A stretch of 64,000 nt of DNA from a virus: the IMG/VR virus record IMGVR_UViG_3300025030_000053, positions 1 through 64,000 of that record; one strand, given 5' to 3'. The translations under genes and the position numbers were made by a program. This document shows, piece after piece, positions 28,817-39,241 of this stretch (its first letter is position 1; every line of letters begins with the position of its first letter). Below the pieces are notes generated by a model. The model had not been told where the DNA came from, did no database searches, and saw nothing but the letters and a program-made list of their open reading frames with translations.

Positions 28817-29960
28817 AATCCTCTTCGTCTTCCTCAACATTGGTTTCGAATGGATAGTATCTATCTGATTTGACTATTTTCTTGGCGTCTTCTACATCTT
28901 TATCTGACCAACCTCTGTTTTTCAATGCAGAAACTACCTTCGTGATTTCTTCTGAAACCGAAGATAAATTCCCCTTCGGACCATTTGTTCGAGTATCATT
29001 ATCTGAAGCTTCATCGAAGTTGCTGGCACATTCAAGATAGTATAACCTTGATTGTAGTTCCCTGGTTGATTTTTTCTGAAAATCTTGTTCAATGTCATAT
29101 ATCCCACCTAATTCAACTTTTCTTTCTGCTCGTTCTATGGCAGTAGCTGCAAATACTTCTTTTAGATTGAAAGATCTAGATTTTTTTTCTATTCTATCTC
29201 TTTCTTTCTTCTTGTTATATTGTTTCATTATTTTGACGCATTCTTTTATCGTTTTGGCTTGAAATTTAGTATGCCTTTTGACGTGCCTCACGACATCTTG
29301 CTGATTCCATCCTTTATCAAGAAGTTTTCCAACAATTCCCATCAACACACGGAAAGGATTTCCACCCTTGCCTTTTCTTTTTTCTTTTTCAGTTTGCTCT
29401 TTTTCATATGAAGTTTTGGGACCTTTTGCTTCCTCTTCATCTTTTTCAGCAGAAAACTTTTTGAAATTATATTTTTCAGATGCCATCTTTGAATCTCCGT
29501 TTATATATTTTAATAATGCCTGTCTATATATTTCTGCTTGTTCTTGATTTTTACCTTTATCTCCAAACAATACTGGTGAGTTATTTTGTATTTTTGCGAG
29601 TATAAAATTATAGAATGCAGTGAGATCTCCCTCATTCCCAATCATAGCGCTCAATTTAGCAAATTCTGGACCATTTGATGTCAATAATTGATCCATTTCT
29701 TCTTTCAATTGTGGATCTATTCTGGTAGAATCTAATAATTGCCCTGTATGTGCAATTTCTCCCAGGGCACGAAGAATTGTGTTCATCTTCAATGGCTCAA
29801 AACCTTGGTCATCGTTCAAGGTTATTGGAGTGCCTACACCATCACCGACATTTTGTTGTGGTGCTCCCTTGCCATTTTTGATGACTGCCCCCGGTTCCTT
29901 TTCAAAACGTTGTTGGTAAGGATCCCCGGGGGTTTGTGATGCTTTAAACAAATTGAACAT
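28800..29960 (-). CDS. Putative virion/head protein
   Basis: MFNLFKASQ leader; GNPFRVLMGIVGKLLDKG domain; in the head operon. Confidence 0.65.
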   Translation of the reverse strand: MFNLFKASQTPGDPYQQRFEKEPGAVIKNGKGAPQQNVGDGVGTPITLNDDQGFEPLKMNTILRALGEIAHTGQLLDSTRIDPQLKEEMDQLLTSNGPEFAKLSAMIGNEGDLTAFYNFILAKIQNNSPVLFGDKGKNQEQAEIYRQALLKYINGDSKMASEKYNFKKFSAEKDEEEAKGPKTSYEKEQTEKEKRKGKGGNPFRVLMGIVGKLLDKGWNQQDVVRHVKRHTKFQAKTIKECVKIMKQYNKKKERDRIEKKSRSFNLKEVFAATAIERAERKVELGGIYDIEQDFQKKSTRELQSRLYYLECASNFDEASDNDTRTNGPKGNLSSVSEEITKVVSALKNRGWSDKDVEDAKKIVKSDRYYPFETNVEEDEEDYDVQS

Positions 29961-30832
29961 TATTTTCTCATTGCTGATTGAAGTCCATTTATGATAGGAG
30001 AATTGCTATACTTGTCTTGAATCGATACGCCGCGCTGGAGGTCATAATCTTCCCAAGCATCTCTTTTTTCTTCTTCGGATATAGATGCTCTTTTAATTCC
30101 CTTTGATCTATCTATTTTGGCTTCTTTGCCGATATTTCTAAGTCGTTCTTTTCTTTCCATCTGTTCTTGGTCAAAAATTCCGAATTTATTGCCCACCTTG
30201 GCTTCATTAGCTGTTTTTCTGATTTTAGAGGCAGATAAGTCTGCGAAATTCAAACCCTCAAAGGCAGAATCTTCACCAAAAGTAGATTCTCTAACTCTGT
30301 CTTGTCTGGATTCCATCTCCCCTCTTCTAGCCATTGCCATTTCTTCTTTTCTTTGAGATGCAGTCGCAACAGCTTGTTTTTTGAGTTCTTTTTCAAGAAG
30401 AATTTCACTGAGAAGTTCTGGATCATAGAGCACACCAGTAGCTCCTTGTGTGAAATATCTCTGAGACAAATTTTGAAGACTATCTTCCGAGTTTTCATAT
30501 CCGCTTCTTTTGATACTTCTTTGGTTGGAAGCATACATATTCATATTCTCGAAGTCTTCTTCGTCTCTCACCTCTGAGAATTCAGACTCATGTCCAGCAT
30601 GTTTAGTTGAATGCATTCGAGATTCAAAATCATACTCAGATTCTTTCTTGGAGGAAAATCTTTGTTGCTCTTGTTTATATTGAGCCTGAGCAGATTTTTT
30701 CTTTGCTTCCATAGCATCCAACACACGTTGGGCTTTGTCAATTCTTGAATCAGAGACACTGGCAATTCTATTAGTTGCCATATCTTCTCCTGACTCCCAA
30801 GTATCGATATTCGATAGTTTAAATTTAGCCAT
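29960..30832 (-). CDS. Putative internal head protein
   Basis: Charged, helical 290-aa ORF with GGAG RBS. Confidence 0.65.
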   Translation of the reverse strand: MAKFKLSNIDTWESGEDMATNRIASVSDSRIDKAQRVLDAMEAKKKSAQAQYKQEQQRFSSKKESEYDFESRMHSTKHAGHESEFSEVRDEEDFENMNMYASNQRSIKRSGYENSEDSLQNLSQRYFTQGATGVLYDPELLSEILLEKELKKQAVATASQRKEEMAMARRGEMESRQDRVRESTFGEDSAFEGLNFADLSASKIRKTANEAKVGNKFGIFDQEQMERKERLRNIGKEAKIDRSKGIKRASISEEEKRDAWEDYDLQRGVSIQDKYSNSPIINGLQSAMRK

Positions 30833-30841
30833 TATTGACTC

Positions 30842-31036
30842 CTATTTTCCTTTTAGATATGCCAAGTTAATTCCTTGACTTGCAGAAACAATAACAGGCA
30901 TTGCTCTTTCATCATCTGGATTGAATGATGCGACATTCCTTTTGATATCTGCTGAAGCCTTTTTTTGAAATTCTTCAATATTTTCCAAATATCTATCCAA
31001 AACTTTTTGCCGTCCATCGATCCTTGACACTCTCAT
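30842..31036 (-). CDS. Small hypothetical protein
   Basis: 64-aa ORF filling an operon gap. Confidence 0.6.
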   Translation of the reverse strand: MRVSRIDGRQKVLDRYLENIEEFQKKASADIKRNVASFNPDDERAMPVIVSASQGINLAYLKGK

Positions 31037-31039
31037 ATT

Positions 31040-31993
31040 TTAATTCCCATCTTTATCGTAATTTGTCACCAAATCATCAACCCATTCCTTGTCCTGGTAT
31101 CCAAGCTCATTAGCCCAGTAATCTCGCAATCTGCTGCGATCAGCTTCGTCGAGTTTAGCTTCCTTAATCCAAGAATTAAAAAGAGCAGTTTTATTTACTT
31201 TTGGCATTTTAGTTTTAGCAAGTTTATCAACAAATTCTGGAACTTTTTCTTCATTTGAGGTATTCAATGCGTATTTAGTATATAGATTTGCCATTTGAGG
31301 ATCTAATCCTGCTTTGACTAATCTTTTTCTAACTATTTCTTTGGTCAATGAATTCATATCTTTTGCTCCTACAAAATCTGAAATTTCTTTTCTTGCCGGA
31401 ACTGTTTTTGTATTTTTAATACTTTTTGCAAGAATTGCATTTCTTTTCTGCTTTCTTTCTTCAACTTCTCTCTTCGTGACTGAAGCAATAATTTCTTGTC
31501 TTTCATTTTGACGAGAAGCGATCACTTCTTGTCGATCCTCTTCTGCATCAACGACGGCAGCCAGCTTGGACAGATAATTCTTTCGGAAAGCAGATCGGAC
31601 TTTCAAAGCCTCTTCTTTGGCTTTCCAATCACCTCTTGCCTCAGCTTCACGAATATATTTCGCGCTTGGGATTGCAAAACCCTTGGGAGATGATGCTTTC
31701 TTGCTTGGCATTCCACATTTGCATCCATCGGCGCACTTGCATTCACCTTCACATTTGCAACCATCTGCACAGCGGCAACCATGCCCAGATTTTTTGTCCA
31801 TTTTTTCTTCTACTGATTTTTTCTTTTTCTCAAAAGGCACAAAGCCTTTCCTTTTTTCTTCTTGTGGCTCTTTTTCGTCCACTTTTGCAGTTTTGCCTAA
31901 TGTTGCTGCAACTTTGTCCAAGTCGATCAGTGCGATGTTATTGTCATTTTCCACAGCACTATTGACAGATCCTGGCATAATCCTACTTGTCAT
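31040..31993 (-). CDS. Putative internal head protein with Cys-x-Cys cluster
   Basis: AGGAGG RBS; basic helical protein containing CRCADGCKCEGECKCADGCKC. Confidence 0.7.
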   Translation of the reverse strand: MTSRIMPGSVNSAVENDNNIALIDLDKVAATLGKTAKVDEKEPQEEKRKGFVPFEKKKKSVEEKMDKKSGHGCRCADGCKCEGECKCADGCKCGMPSKKASSPKGFAIPSAKYIREAEARGDWKAKEEALKVRSAFRKNYLSKLAAVVDAEEDRQEVIASRQNERQEIIASVTKREVEERKQKRNAILAKSIKNTKTVPARKEISDFVGAKDMNSLTKEIVRKRLVKAGLDPQMANLYTKYALNTSNEEKVPEFVDKLAKTKMPKVNKTALFNSWIKEAKLDEADRSRLRDYWANELGYQDKEWVDDLVTNYDKDGN

Positions 31994-32387
31994 TAGATTT
32001 TCCTCCTAAATGATGCTTGACGACCAGAGAATCCGATTCTGGATCGAAATCTATGTAATCATCTATATCTACAAAATTATTTTCTATTATTCCTGCTTCT
32101 TTTTTTATTTCTATAACATATTTAATTTCCCTGCTTTTTGGGTATATTGGATTTTCAGAATTTGCTTCCATTTCTCCGAAATCTACCACCTTGAAGTGAT
32201 CATTCAAAAAAATCAAAGAAAGATCGAAACCAACATTTTTGTTCCAAAATCCGTGGCATCCAGCAGATGGAAATATGAAAAAAGCACATTGATTGTTGGC
32301 GATTTGTCTGTTCATCAAACCCTTTTTTCTTTTTTCATCAGTATCGCACAAATATTTTATATTAATTTTTAAATCTTTTTTGCTCAT
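31983..32387 (-). CDS. DUF192-family protein
   Basis: CDTDEKRKKGLMNR, FWNKNVGFDLSLIFLN, KYVIEI. Confidence 0.8.
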   Translation of the reverse strand: MSKKDLKINIKYLCDTDEKRKKGLMNRQIANNQCAFFIFPSAGCHGFWNKNVGFDLSLIFLNDHFKVVDFGEMEANSENPIYPKSREIKYVIEIKKEAGIIENNFVDIDDYIDFDPESDSLVVKHHLGGKSNDK

Positions 32388-34489
32388 TTAAGCACTCTGA
32401 ATTTAGATTTTAAAGAAATTTCTGCAAATTTTTGTTTTTTGGATGATTGTGAAAGATTTATGCTATTAAATCCCTGATTGATTGCCGGTCCTTCAGATTG
32501 GCTGTCAAAATATCCTTCATTCTCTAATTCCTCTATAGCTAATTTATGAAAATCTAATGGTTCGCCCGTCTCTAAATCTAAGAAGATGTATCCGGGAGGA
32601 AATGAAAAACTAGCCAGTTTGACTCGTCGAGAAGAAGATGAAGTAGTCTCTTGGTCTTCATCCTCCTCCAATGGTTCTTCTAGTAATCCTTCTGGCAAGG
32701 AACGACCTAATCTTCTTGCCTGTTCTCTCATCCAATCTTCACCTGTCTGTTTTTGCCTTGTTTGCCTTGGTGGAGTAGCTGAAACTATTTCGGACTTAAC
32801 CTCTGCGGTGTTGGATTGGACAGCATTATATCTATTAGATAAGTAAGTATCGATTTCATCTGGAGTGACCAATGAAATCCCATTGACTTCTTGTTCTTTA
32901 ACTAGTGCTAAGTAGCTTTTTTGAGTTGGCTCTAAGAATATACCTGGATAAACTTTATGTAAATCACCAGTAGGAATCCAAATATAATTATTTGATGACG
33001 GATCAAAATTATTAAGTACTTTTGGTTCCCCAGCATACCCAGCATAAGCGGTTTCAATCACCCAAGAATCACCATACCCAGCATGACCTTCTTGTAATTT
33101 TTCCAAATTTCCTAATAAGTAAGCATTTTCATCCCTTGATGTCATTTGCACAGATGCTAAACCATCTCTCATCTCCAAAGAATGTCTTGTTATATATCTT
33201 GACTCATTTAATTTTTTAACATTAACTAACCTTACAGAAGAACTATCCGTATTTGCACCTATTTTTTCTTTATATATAGATAAAGTTTTTTGTTGTATTT
33301 CATTAGCATATTCATCAGGATCTTTTCCTTCATTTTCGTATTGTTCTGCAACAATACTTTTATATATATTGTTAACAACATATAATTGTAGTATTTCTGA
33401 TATCTGAAAAGGAACAGCAGCACTATAAAAATTTTTTGACTTTGGATCAATATCTTTATTTTGATTCTCTAATTTTTCTACCACCAGATCTCTCAAAACT
33501 TGAGGATTGTAATTTCTGTTTTTTGTGGCTCTTCTTCCACGAGATTCATGTACTGGATTGATATCTTCTACCGATCCCCAAAAAAGCATCATAGCGTATT
33601 TTAATGTATATAAATATTGCGGCCTTCCACCTCTCGATATATCATCTGTATATTTCATATAGGCTTTGATATATATTGATTTAATATATTCTTGAGCATA
33701 ATTTGCCATATCTAAAGATTGTATTAAACTAATTAATTTTATTCTATTATCTTGAGATTCTTCCATATCTCTGACACCAATATCCATATATCCATCATTT
33801 TTAGATTCATATATTTTTTTTAGTTCATCAAATGGAAATTGATTATAATCTTCTTCATTTTTATATAAAGCTGACAACAGACTATAGTCATCTACCTCAC
33901 TGGGGTTGACCGCAGTGTCATCTCTGATCTGATCACCTATCGTGGCAGACCCTTCTTCTGTTCCTATTGGCTGATCAGCAGAAGTTTCATGCTTATGTCT
34001 GCTAGATAATTCGTTAATCATGTCTACAACATCAGTACTTACTACCTGATTGATAAATGATATTGGAGATGCTACTTCTTTTCCTGAAATCCTAGATTTA
34101 AATAATTTAGAAAATACAATTACTTTTTTTATTGATGTTTTGTTAAATGGATTATATTTAGATAATATGTCTTTTAATGTTTTATCTACTATAGTTCCTA
34201 TATCATCTTCATTTGCCACAGACCCTTTAGATTGCTTCCTTACTGATCTTTCTATTGAAGATCTTACTTCTCTGAATGATGAGTCACCAGCTAAATTAAT
34301 ATCCTCTGTAGTCAAAAATCCCTGCTGCATCGCATAAATACTAATGGACATCTTTGCTTCTTCTGAATTTTCTGAATTTTCCATATCAGACATAAAATCA
34401 CCAATGTCATATGGTCTTTCCTGTGCTATTTTTAAAAAATTATCTGATACTAAATTTAGTTTCATTATATCTCTCCCAAGAATCATCAA
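32384..34489 (-). CDS. Large hypothetical protein with a sigma region 3.2-like motif
   Basis: 701-aa ORF; LKIAQ leader; SADQPIGTEEGSATIGDQIRD. Confidence 0.65.
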   Translation of the reverse strand: MMILGRDIMKLNLVSDNFLKIAQERPYDIGDFMSDMENSENSEEAKMSISIYAMQQGFLTTEDINLAGDSSFREVRSSIERSVRKQSKGSVANEDDIGTIVDKTLKDILSKYNPFNKTSIKKVIVFSKLFKSRISGKEVASPISFINQVVSTDVVDMINELSSRHKHETSADQPIGTEEGSATIGDQIRDDTAVNPSEVDDYSLLSALYKNEEDYNQFPFDELKKIYESKNDGYMDIGVRDMEESQDNRIKLISLIQSLDMANYAQEYIKSIYIKAYMKYTDDISRGGRPQYLYTLKYAMMLFWGSVEDINPVHESRGRRATKNRNYNPQVLRDLVVEKLENQNKDIDPKSKNFYSAAVPFQISEILQLYVVNNIYKSIVAEQYENEGKDPDEYANEIQQKTLSIYKEKIGANTDSSSVRLVNVKKLNESRYITRHSLEMRDGLASVQMTSRDENAYLLGNLEKLQEGHAGYGDSWVIETAYAGYAGEPKVLNNFDPSSNNYIWIPTGDLHKVYPGIFLEPTQKSYLALVKEQEVNGISLVTPDEIDTYLSNRYNAVQSNTAEVKSEIVSATPPRQTRQKQTGEDWMREQARRLGRSLPEGLLEEPLEEDEDQETTSSSSRRVKLASFSFPPGYIFLDLETGEPLDFHKLAIEELENEGYFDSQSEGPAINQGFNSINLSQSSKKQKFAEISLKSKFRVLK

Positions 34490-35163
34490 GAAATCATTTC
34501 TTCCAAGTCAAGATCTTCATCAGAATATTGAGGTTCTGCTGTTTCTAGTCCAAGTAGTTGAAGAATTTCAGGAGTCAATTCTTCAACTTGGTTGAAATCT
34601 TCCATATCTGCATCAATGGCTTCTTCTCTATCTTCAATTCCAGATTGCATTTCTTCTAATTGAGGAATTTTGTCCTGAAGATCATCCTGCGGAAGCCCGG
34701 TTCTTGGTCCTTTTCTGATCCCACCAACTGCTTGCGAAAAAACAAATTTTTGTTTTGTTTTGTTTTTTTCAAATTCAGATTGCTGCTCCATTATTTCTAT
34801 TCCCAAAGCCATTTTTCCCGAATTAGTAAAAGCAACATGGCGATTTCCCTTGTTTGTGATCAATCCATCTGTCACCAATTTCACAACATCATAATTTGAC
34901 ACATCTTCTGGCAAAGGATAAACTATATCAGAAACTTTCAAAACTTTTTGTGCTTCTATGTTTTTAGAATTTTTATTATTCCATATAGTCATCAGAATTT
35001 CTTTGCTTTTTTTATCGAAAACTTTTTTCTTTGCTTCCCTAACAATTCCCTCGTCGAATCTGTTCTGAATGACAGATTTTGGCAGCATCAATGAAAGCGG
35101 ATTTGAAAACAAAGCCGGAATATTATCAGATGTCTCGCGAACTGGTCTAATTTGGTATGGCAT
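34486..35163 (-). CDS. Hypothetical protein, possible winged-helix domain
   Basis: DVVKLVTDGLITNKGNRHVAFTNSGK; AGGAG RBS. Confidence 0.6.
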   Translation of the reverse strand: MPYQIRPVRETSDNIPALFSNPLSLMLPKSVIQNRFDEGIVREAKKKVFDKKSKEILMTIWNNKNSKNIEAQKVLKVSDIVYPLPEDVSNYDVVKLVTDGLITNKGNRHVAFTNSGKMALGIEIMEQQSEFEKNKTKQKFVFSQAVGGIRKGPRTGLPQDDLQDKIPQLEEMQSGIEDREEAIDADMEDFNQVEELTPEILQLLGLETAEPQYSDEDLDLEEMIS

Positions 35164-35201
35164 TTAAAATTCTCCTGAGTTATATTTTCAAAAATTATTC
35201 T

Positions 35202-35984
35202 CTATTCCTCTTTTGAGAATATAATTATTTCTTTAGATTTCTTTTCATAAGTGTGTTTCATAGAGTAATTTATATTAATTTCTATAATTTTATATTCTGA
35301 ATATAATTTTTTAATTTTTTCACTATTATTATATGACATCATCCAATTTGATTTATTTTTTAATATTTTATATAATTTATGATGATCAAAATATCTGTGA
35401 GCATGTCCTTTATTTCCATACAAATAATTACCTCCAGTATTACCATTTTCTAGCATATATGGAGGATCTAAATATATAAATTCATTTTTAATATTATACA
35501 AAGATTCCTCAAAATCACTAATATTAACTTTTAAGTTTGTACATTGAAATATTTTTACAAAATCTATAGAAGATTTGGTAAATGATGGATGATTTTTAAT
35601 CATTCCAGCAGCTAGTCCTCCACCACCAAAAGAACTACGATTCAAGGCAAAAAAATAAGCTGCATTTTCAAGAGTATTTGAATGATGATTTCTTAATATT
35701 TCTCTAATTTCATAATATTTTTCTTTAGATAGAGGAAAATATTTCATTATTTCATCATAGAGTCTGACTGAATCATTTAAGATATATTTCCAGAAATTTA
35801 TCAATGGCTCAATGATATCAAATGCTTGAACAGAATAACCTTTATTAGCAAGATAAATTTCAAATGACCCTCCACCTAAAAATGGAGAAATAATATTTCT
35901 AGTCCCATTTGGAATATATTTTTCTAATTCATTAATCAATTTCAATTTACTGCCTGGGTATTGTAGCGGAGAAATTCCTTGCAT
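35202..35984 (-). CDS. Dam/D12-class N6-adenine DNA methyltransferase
   Basis: SPLQYPGSK, SPFLGGGS, FIYLDPPY, WMMSYN; AT-rich. Confidence 0.9.
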   Translation of the reverse strand: MQGISPLQYPGSKLKLINELEKYIPNGTRNIISPFLGGGSFEIYLANKGYSVQAFDIIEPLINFWKYILNDSVRLYDEIMKYFPLSKEKYYEIREILRNHHSNTLENAAYFFALNRSSFGGGGLAAGMIKNHPSFTKSSIDFVKIFQCTNLKVNISDFEESLYNIKNEFIYLDPPYMLENGNTGGNYLYGNKGHAHRYFDHHKLYKILKNKSNWMMSYNNSEKIKKLYSEYKIIEININYSMKHTYEKKSKEIIIFSKEE

Positions 35985-35985
35985 T

Positions 35986-36708
35986 TCATCTCCTATCTTG
36001 AAATTTTTTTGCTCGATTCATCCACGAAAAAGACATCACATTTTTTTGTCTTTTCTTGATTGGAACCTTGATCACTTCGTCAAAGGAAGAATCGTCTCCT
36101 CCCGCAACCGGAGGGTTCTCTCTCAATCTCAATGATGCCTCATTCATTTGTTGCAAAACCGGGACGGGTGTGAATCTACCTCTGGGTTTTCCAGTCAAAG
36201 AATCAATTGAGTGTCGTTCTTCATTGTTCCGAATCAATTGTTGCATCAATTCGTCATCATTCTCAAACTCATCTGGTGTCATCCAGAGTGCTTTCACCGA
36301 CGCACCAGCTTTGCGTCCAATCTCAACCAATGGACGCCATCGTTTAGCAGAAAGAGTAGTTGCATCAAAAATAACATCTTTTCCAGATTTCAACAATTCA
36401 TTCAATCTTTGAAAGGCAAATTTGAAAATTGCTGAATCCAAATTTGAACTATTCCTCAAAATATCTTCTGGCACTATTTGCTTTGCTAATTCAAAGATCT
36501 CTGGATCGTTTTGCTCTAATTCTGATGGTTTTGAGCCAAATATCCTAGCATAATCAAATATGTGATTCGGTCCTGATATAGAATAATCCTGTGAAATTGC
36601 CTCACGATAATTATCAGGACTGACAACTATGTGATCTGGAAACATTTTCTTGATTGCCGTTGATTTTCCTGAGCCTGAAGACCCTATGGTAATGATTATT
36701 TCTGACAT
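35986..36708 (-). CDS. P-loop kinase (AAA_33 / polynucleotide kinase-like)
   Basis: GSSGSGKST, VSPDNYRE, VIFDATTL, RNNEER. Confidence 0.8.
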   Translation of the reverse strand: MSEIIITIGSSGSGKSTAIKKMFPDHIVVSPDNYREAISQDYSISGPNHIFDYARIFGSKPSELEQNDPEIFELAKQIVPEDILRNSSNLDSAIFKFAFQRLNELLKSGKDVIFDATTLSAKRWRPLVEIGRKAGASVKALWMTPDEFENDDELMQQLIRNNEERHSIDSLTGKPRGRFTPVPVLQQMNEASLRLRENPPVAGGDDSSFDEVIKVPIKKRQKNVMSFSWMNRAKKFQDRR

Positions 36709-37328
36709 AATTCTTCCTTCAACAATATTCCTCCCCATTGGATCGCCATAGCCTTTGCAATGCCAGGAAATGTTTTTGATCTTGCTCTAGATCTTTCTTT
36801 TGGAGGCAGCCCAGCAGTATCATATGTCCATTTTGGCATTGGAAATTTATTGCCGCCCTTGATCACTTCTCCTTGATCAACTATGTTGGTTGGAATCAAC
36901 GCCGGAAGCCCTTTCAACCATATACATGTTGTCTTCCTTGCTGAATCTCCAAACTGATATGGTTGAATGATCTGGTCTGGTTTTCTCCAAATTGTGCTCA
37001 TGATGCCGACTGGATTCTCAATAGCAACTTTTGGACACCTCAAATTAGTAAATTCCATAAAAAAATCAATACCTTGTTGTTGTCTTCCATCGGCACACTT
37101 CTTGGCAAAATGCCTAGCCCCACTCGTGGCAATGTGCGTGCAGGGTGGGAAAGCAAGAATCATGTCCCAGTCGTCATTTAGTAATGGCAATACATCTGTC
37201 TGCAAATGCCATTCTGGGTGCCCGCCTGAACAAGGTTCAATATCACAAGAAAATGATTCAATGCCGATGTGGCGCAATTCTTTGACAACTGCTTGACTTT
37301 CTTCGCAAGCAACTAATACTTTTTTCAT
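36696..37328 (-). CDS. Phage DNA cytosine methyltransferase-like protein
   Basis: KVLVACEES, AFPPCTH, AIENPVG, RSKTFPGIAKAMA.QWG. Confidence 0.8.
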   Translation of the reverse strand: MKKVLVACEESQAVVKELRHIGIESFSCDIEPCSGGHPEWHLQTDVLPLLNDDWDMILAFPPCTHIATSGARHFAKKCADGRQQQGIDFFMEFTNLRCPKVAIENPVGIMSTIWRKPDQIIQPYQFGDSARKTTCIWLKGLPALIPTNIVDQGEVIKGGNKFPMPKWTYDTAGLPPKERSRARSKTFPGIAKAMAIQWGGILLKEELCQK

Positions 37329-37335
37329 TTTCACC

Positions 37336-37983
37336 TCACATTCCAGGTTGTCCACCTTCATTCCTCCATCTGTTCCACTCGAAAGATGATAGATCTCCGT
37401 GCAATTGATCGCTCGGGTTTGGCACTCGTTCTGATTGGAAGATATAATAAAACCCAGGAACTGAGTGTCCGCGATTCACCTCAAAAATTCCTTTTTTGTT
37501 TCCTCCTGAATTTATTTCTTTACCAACTATTCTTGATTTTCCTTCTTGATCTACAAGAATCTTGAATTCCCAATTTTTCAATTGTTTGACTATGTCTTCT
37601 GCTTCAAATGGCAGATCTTCAACTCTGAATTCGCCATTTTGCTCATCAATCAACAGAAGAACTGCTTTTTCTTTGCTGTCTCCATCTTGGACAGCCATCA
37701 CGTTGATGTTATATGGATCTTTGTCGATAAAGAAATTACCTTGTTTTATTGTTTCCCATCCTTCGTCTGGAATTTCTGCCGCTTCTCCGATGATATGAAT
37801 AAATTCTGGGTGATATCGGACTTGTGATCGGATAAAGTCATCCATTCCGTTATCTCCAGAAAACGGCCACCATCTAGGGCCTCCGTATCTCGTAGACAAA
37901 GAAAAACCCTGAGTGGCAGGTCCACCGGGTGGACCCAAGCCTGCTGCCAAAACTATTTTTTTGCTCGCAAATTCCATCCACAT
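37336..37983 (-). CDS. Hypothetical protein with MW-x-x-FA leader
   Basis: 215-aa ORF directly behind a SigH-consensus promoter. Confidence 0.7.
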   Translation of the reverse strand: MWMEFASKKIVLAAGLGPPGGPATQGFSLSTRYGGPRWWPFSGDNGMDDFIRSQVRYHPEFIHIIGEAAEIPDEGWETIKQGNFFIDKDPYNINVMAVQDGDSKEKAVLLLIDEQNGEFRVEDLPFEAEDIVKQLKNWEFKILVDQEGKSRIVGKEINSGGNKKGIFEVNRGHSVPGFYYIFQSERVPNPSDQLHGDLSSFEWNRWRNEGGQPGM

Positions 37984-37991
37984 ATATGTAT

Positions 37992-38016
37992 ATTCTCTAA
38001 AATAAATCTATTTCCT
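37992..38016 (-). promoter_or_regulatory. SigH-consensus promoter, probably leaderless transcript
   Basis: GCAGGA-N17-GAAT, 8 nt before the ATG at 37983. Confidence 0.7.
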
Positions 38017-38052
38017 GCAATAGATTTTGGTTTATGATTTGAGTAATATCTT

Positions 38053-39084
38053 ATGAAGGAGTTTGTAATGGAAGAATGGCTAAAAATTGATCCACCCTTT
38101 TCAAGATATTCTGTATCTTCTGGAGGAATGGTCAGGAACGATGAAACTGACTATATATTTTCGAAACAAAAAAATATTATTGATTATCCACAAATAAATA
38201 TAATACAAGATAATGGAAAAGGAAAACAAAAATTTGTTCATGTTCTTGTGGCACAACAATTTCTTGGATACACTCCTGAAATGCAAAAAAATAGACAAAT
38301 AGTCTGTCATCATAAAGATAATGATAAACAAAATTCAAGATTATCAAATCTTGAAATAATATCTGTAAGTGAAAATAATAAATATTGTAATAATCTTAGA
38401 AAAAATTCTAAAACTATACAACAATTTAATTTAAATGGAGATTTTATAAAAGAATACAAACCTAATGATAAAATCAATAATGAATGGAAAAGAATAAATA
38501 TTAATAATTGTTGTAATAATCAACAAAAAACTGCATATGGATTTATTTGGAAATACATATCAGAAGAAAATTTAGATGGTGAAATTTGGAAAGAAATAGA
38601 ATTTAATAATAAAATAATAAAAGTTTCCAATCTTGGAAGAATAAAAATTTCTTATGATGTAATTACATCAGGATATAAAAAACAAAGTGGATATAGATCC
38701 ATAGGGATCAATGGAAAAAGAATGCAAGTCCATCGACTTGTTTGTCAGACATTCCACCCGATTGACAATCCAGAAGATTTTGTTGTGAATCACATCAACC
38801 ACGTCAAAGATGACAATCGGGCAGAAAACTTGGAATGGACTACTCAAAGGGAAAATTGCAAAAAATATTTGGAAAAGAATCCGAATCAAACATATAGAAA
38901 TGTTAGGAAATGCCCTGTTGTTGGAATTAAAAATAATGAAATTATATATTTTAAAACATCTGAGGATGCTTGCATATGGAGCAGATCAAAACACATCTCA
39001 GATGTTTGCAAGGGAAAAAGAAAATCTGCCGGTGGCTTCAAATGGATGTATCTTGAAGATTATGAAAAACTCAAATCATCTTGA
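38053..39084 (+). CDS. HNH homing endonuclease (NUMOD4/HNH/NUMOD1, tandem duplicated)
   Basis: VHVLVA..CHHKDNDKQN..NLE and [22 protein letters not shown]; TAYGFIWKY. Confidence 0.9.
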   Translation: MKEFVMEEWLKIDPPFSRYSVSSGGMVRNDETDYIFSKQKNIIDYPQINIIQDNGKGKQKFVHVLVAQQFLGYTPEMQKNRQIVCHHKDNDKQNSRLSNLEIISVSENNKYCNNLRKNSKTIQQFNLNGDFIKEYKPNDKINNEWKRININNCCNNQQKTAYGFIWKYISEENLDGEIWKEIEFNNKIIKVSNLGRIKISYDVITSGYKKQSGYRSIGINGKRMQVHRLVCQTFHPIDNPEDFVVNHINHVKDDNRAENLEWTTQRENCKKYLEKNPNQTYRNVRKCPVVGIKNNEIIYFKTSEDACIWSRSKHISDVCKGKRKSAGGFKWMYLEDYEKLKSS

Positions 39085-39241
39085 ATTCAAAAGTTTTTGA
39101 ATTTCCTCATAATAATAACTTTCAGCAGAATTAGGGATGCCAAAAGGAATTCTTTTGAGCCTGATGGCATTCAAAAATGATTGATGAACCCCTGGAAGAA
39201 TAATTCCATCTTTATAGATGAGTCTCTCATTATATAATTAT

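Noticed and set aside
39078-39237. Extra small gene between the HNH and the ART-like ORF
   Set aside because: An open minus-strand frame of about 53 codons exists but has no start codon or RBS; at most a gene remnant.
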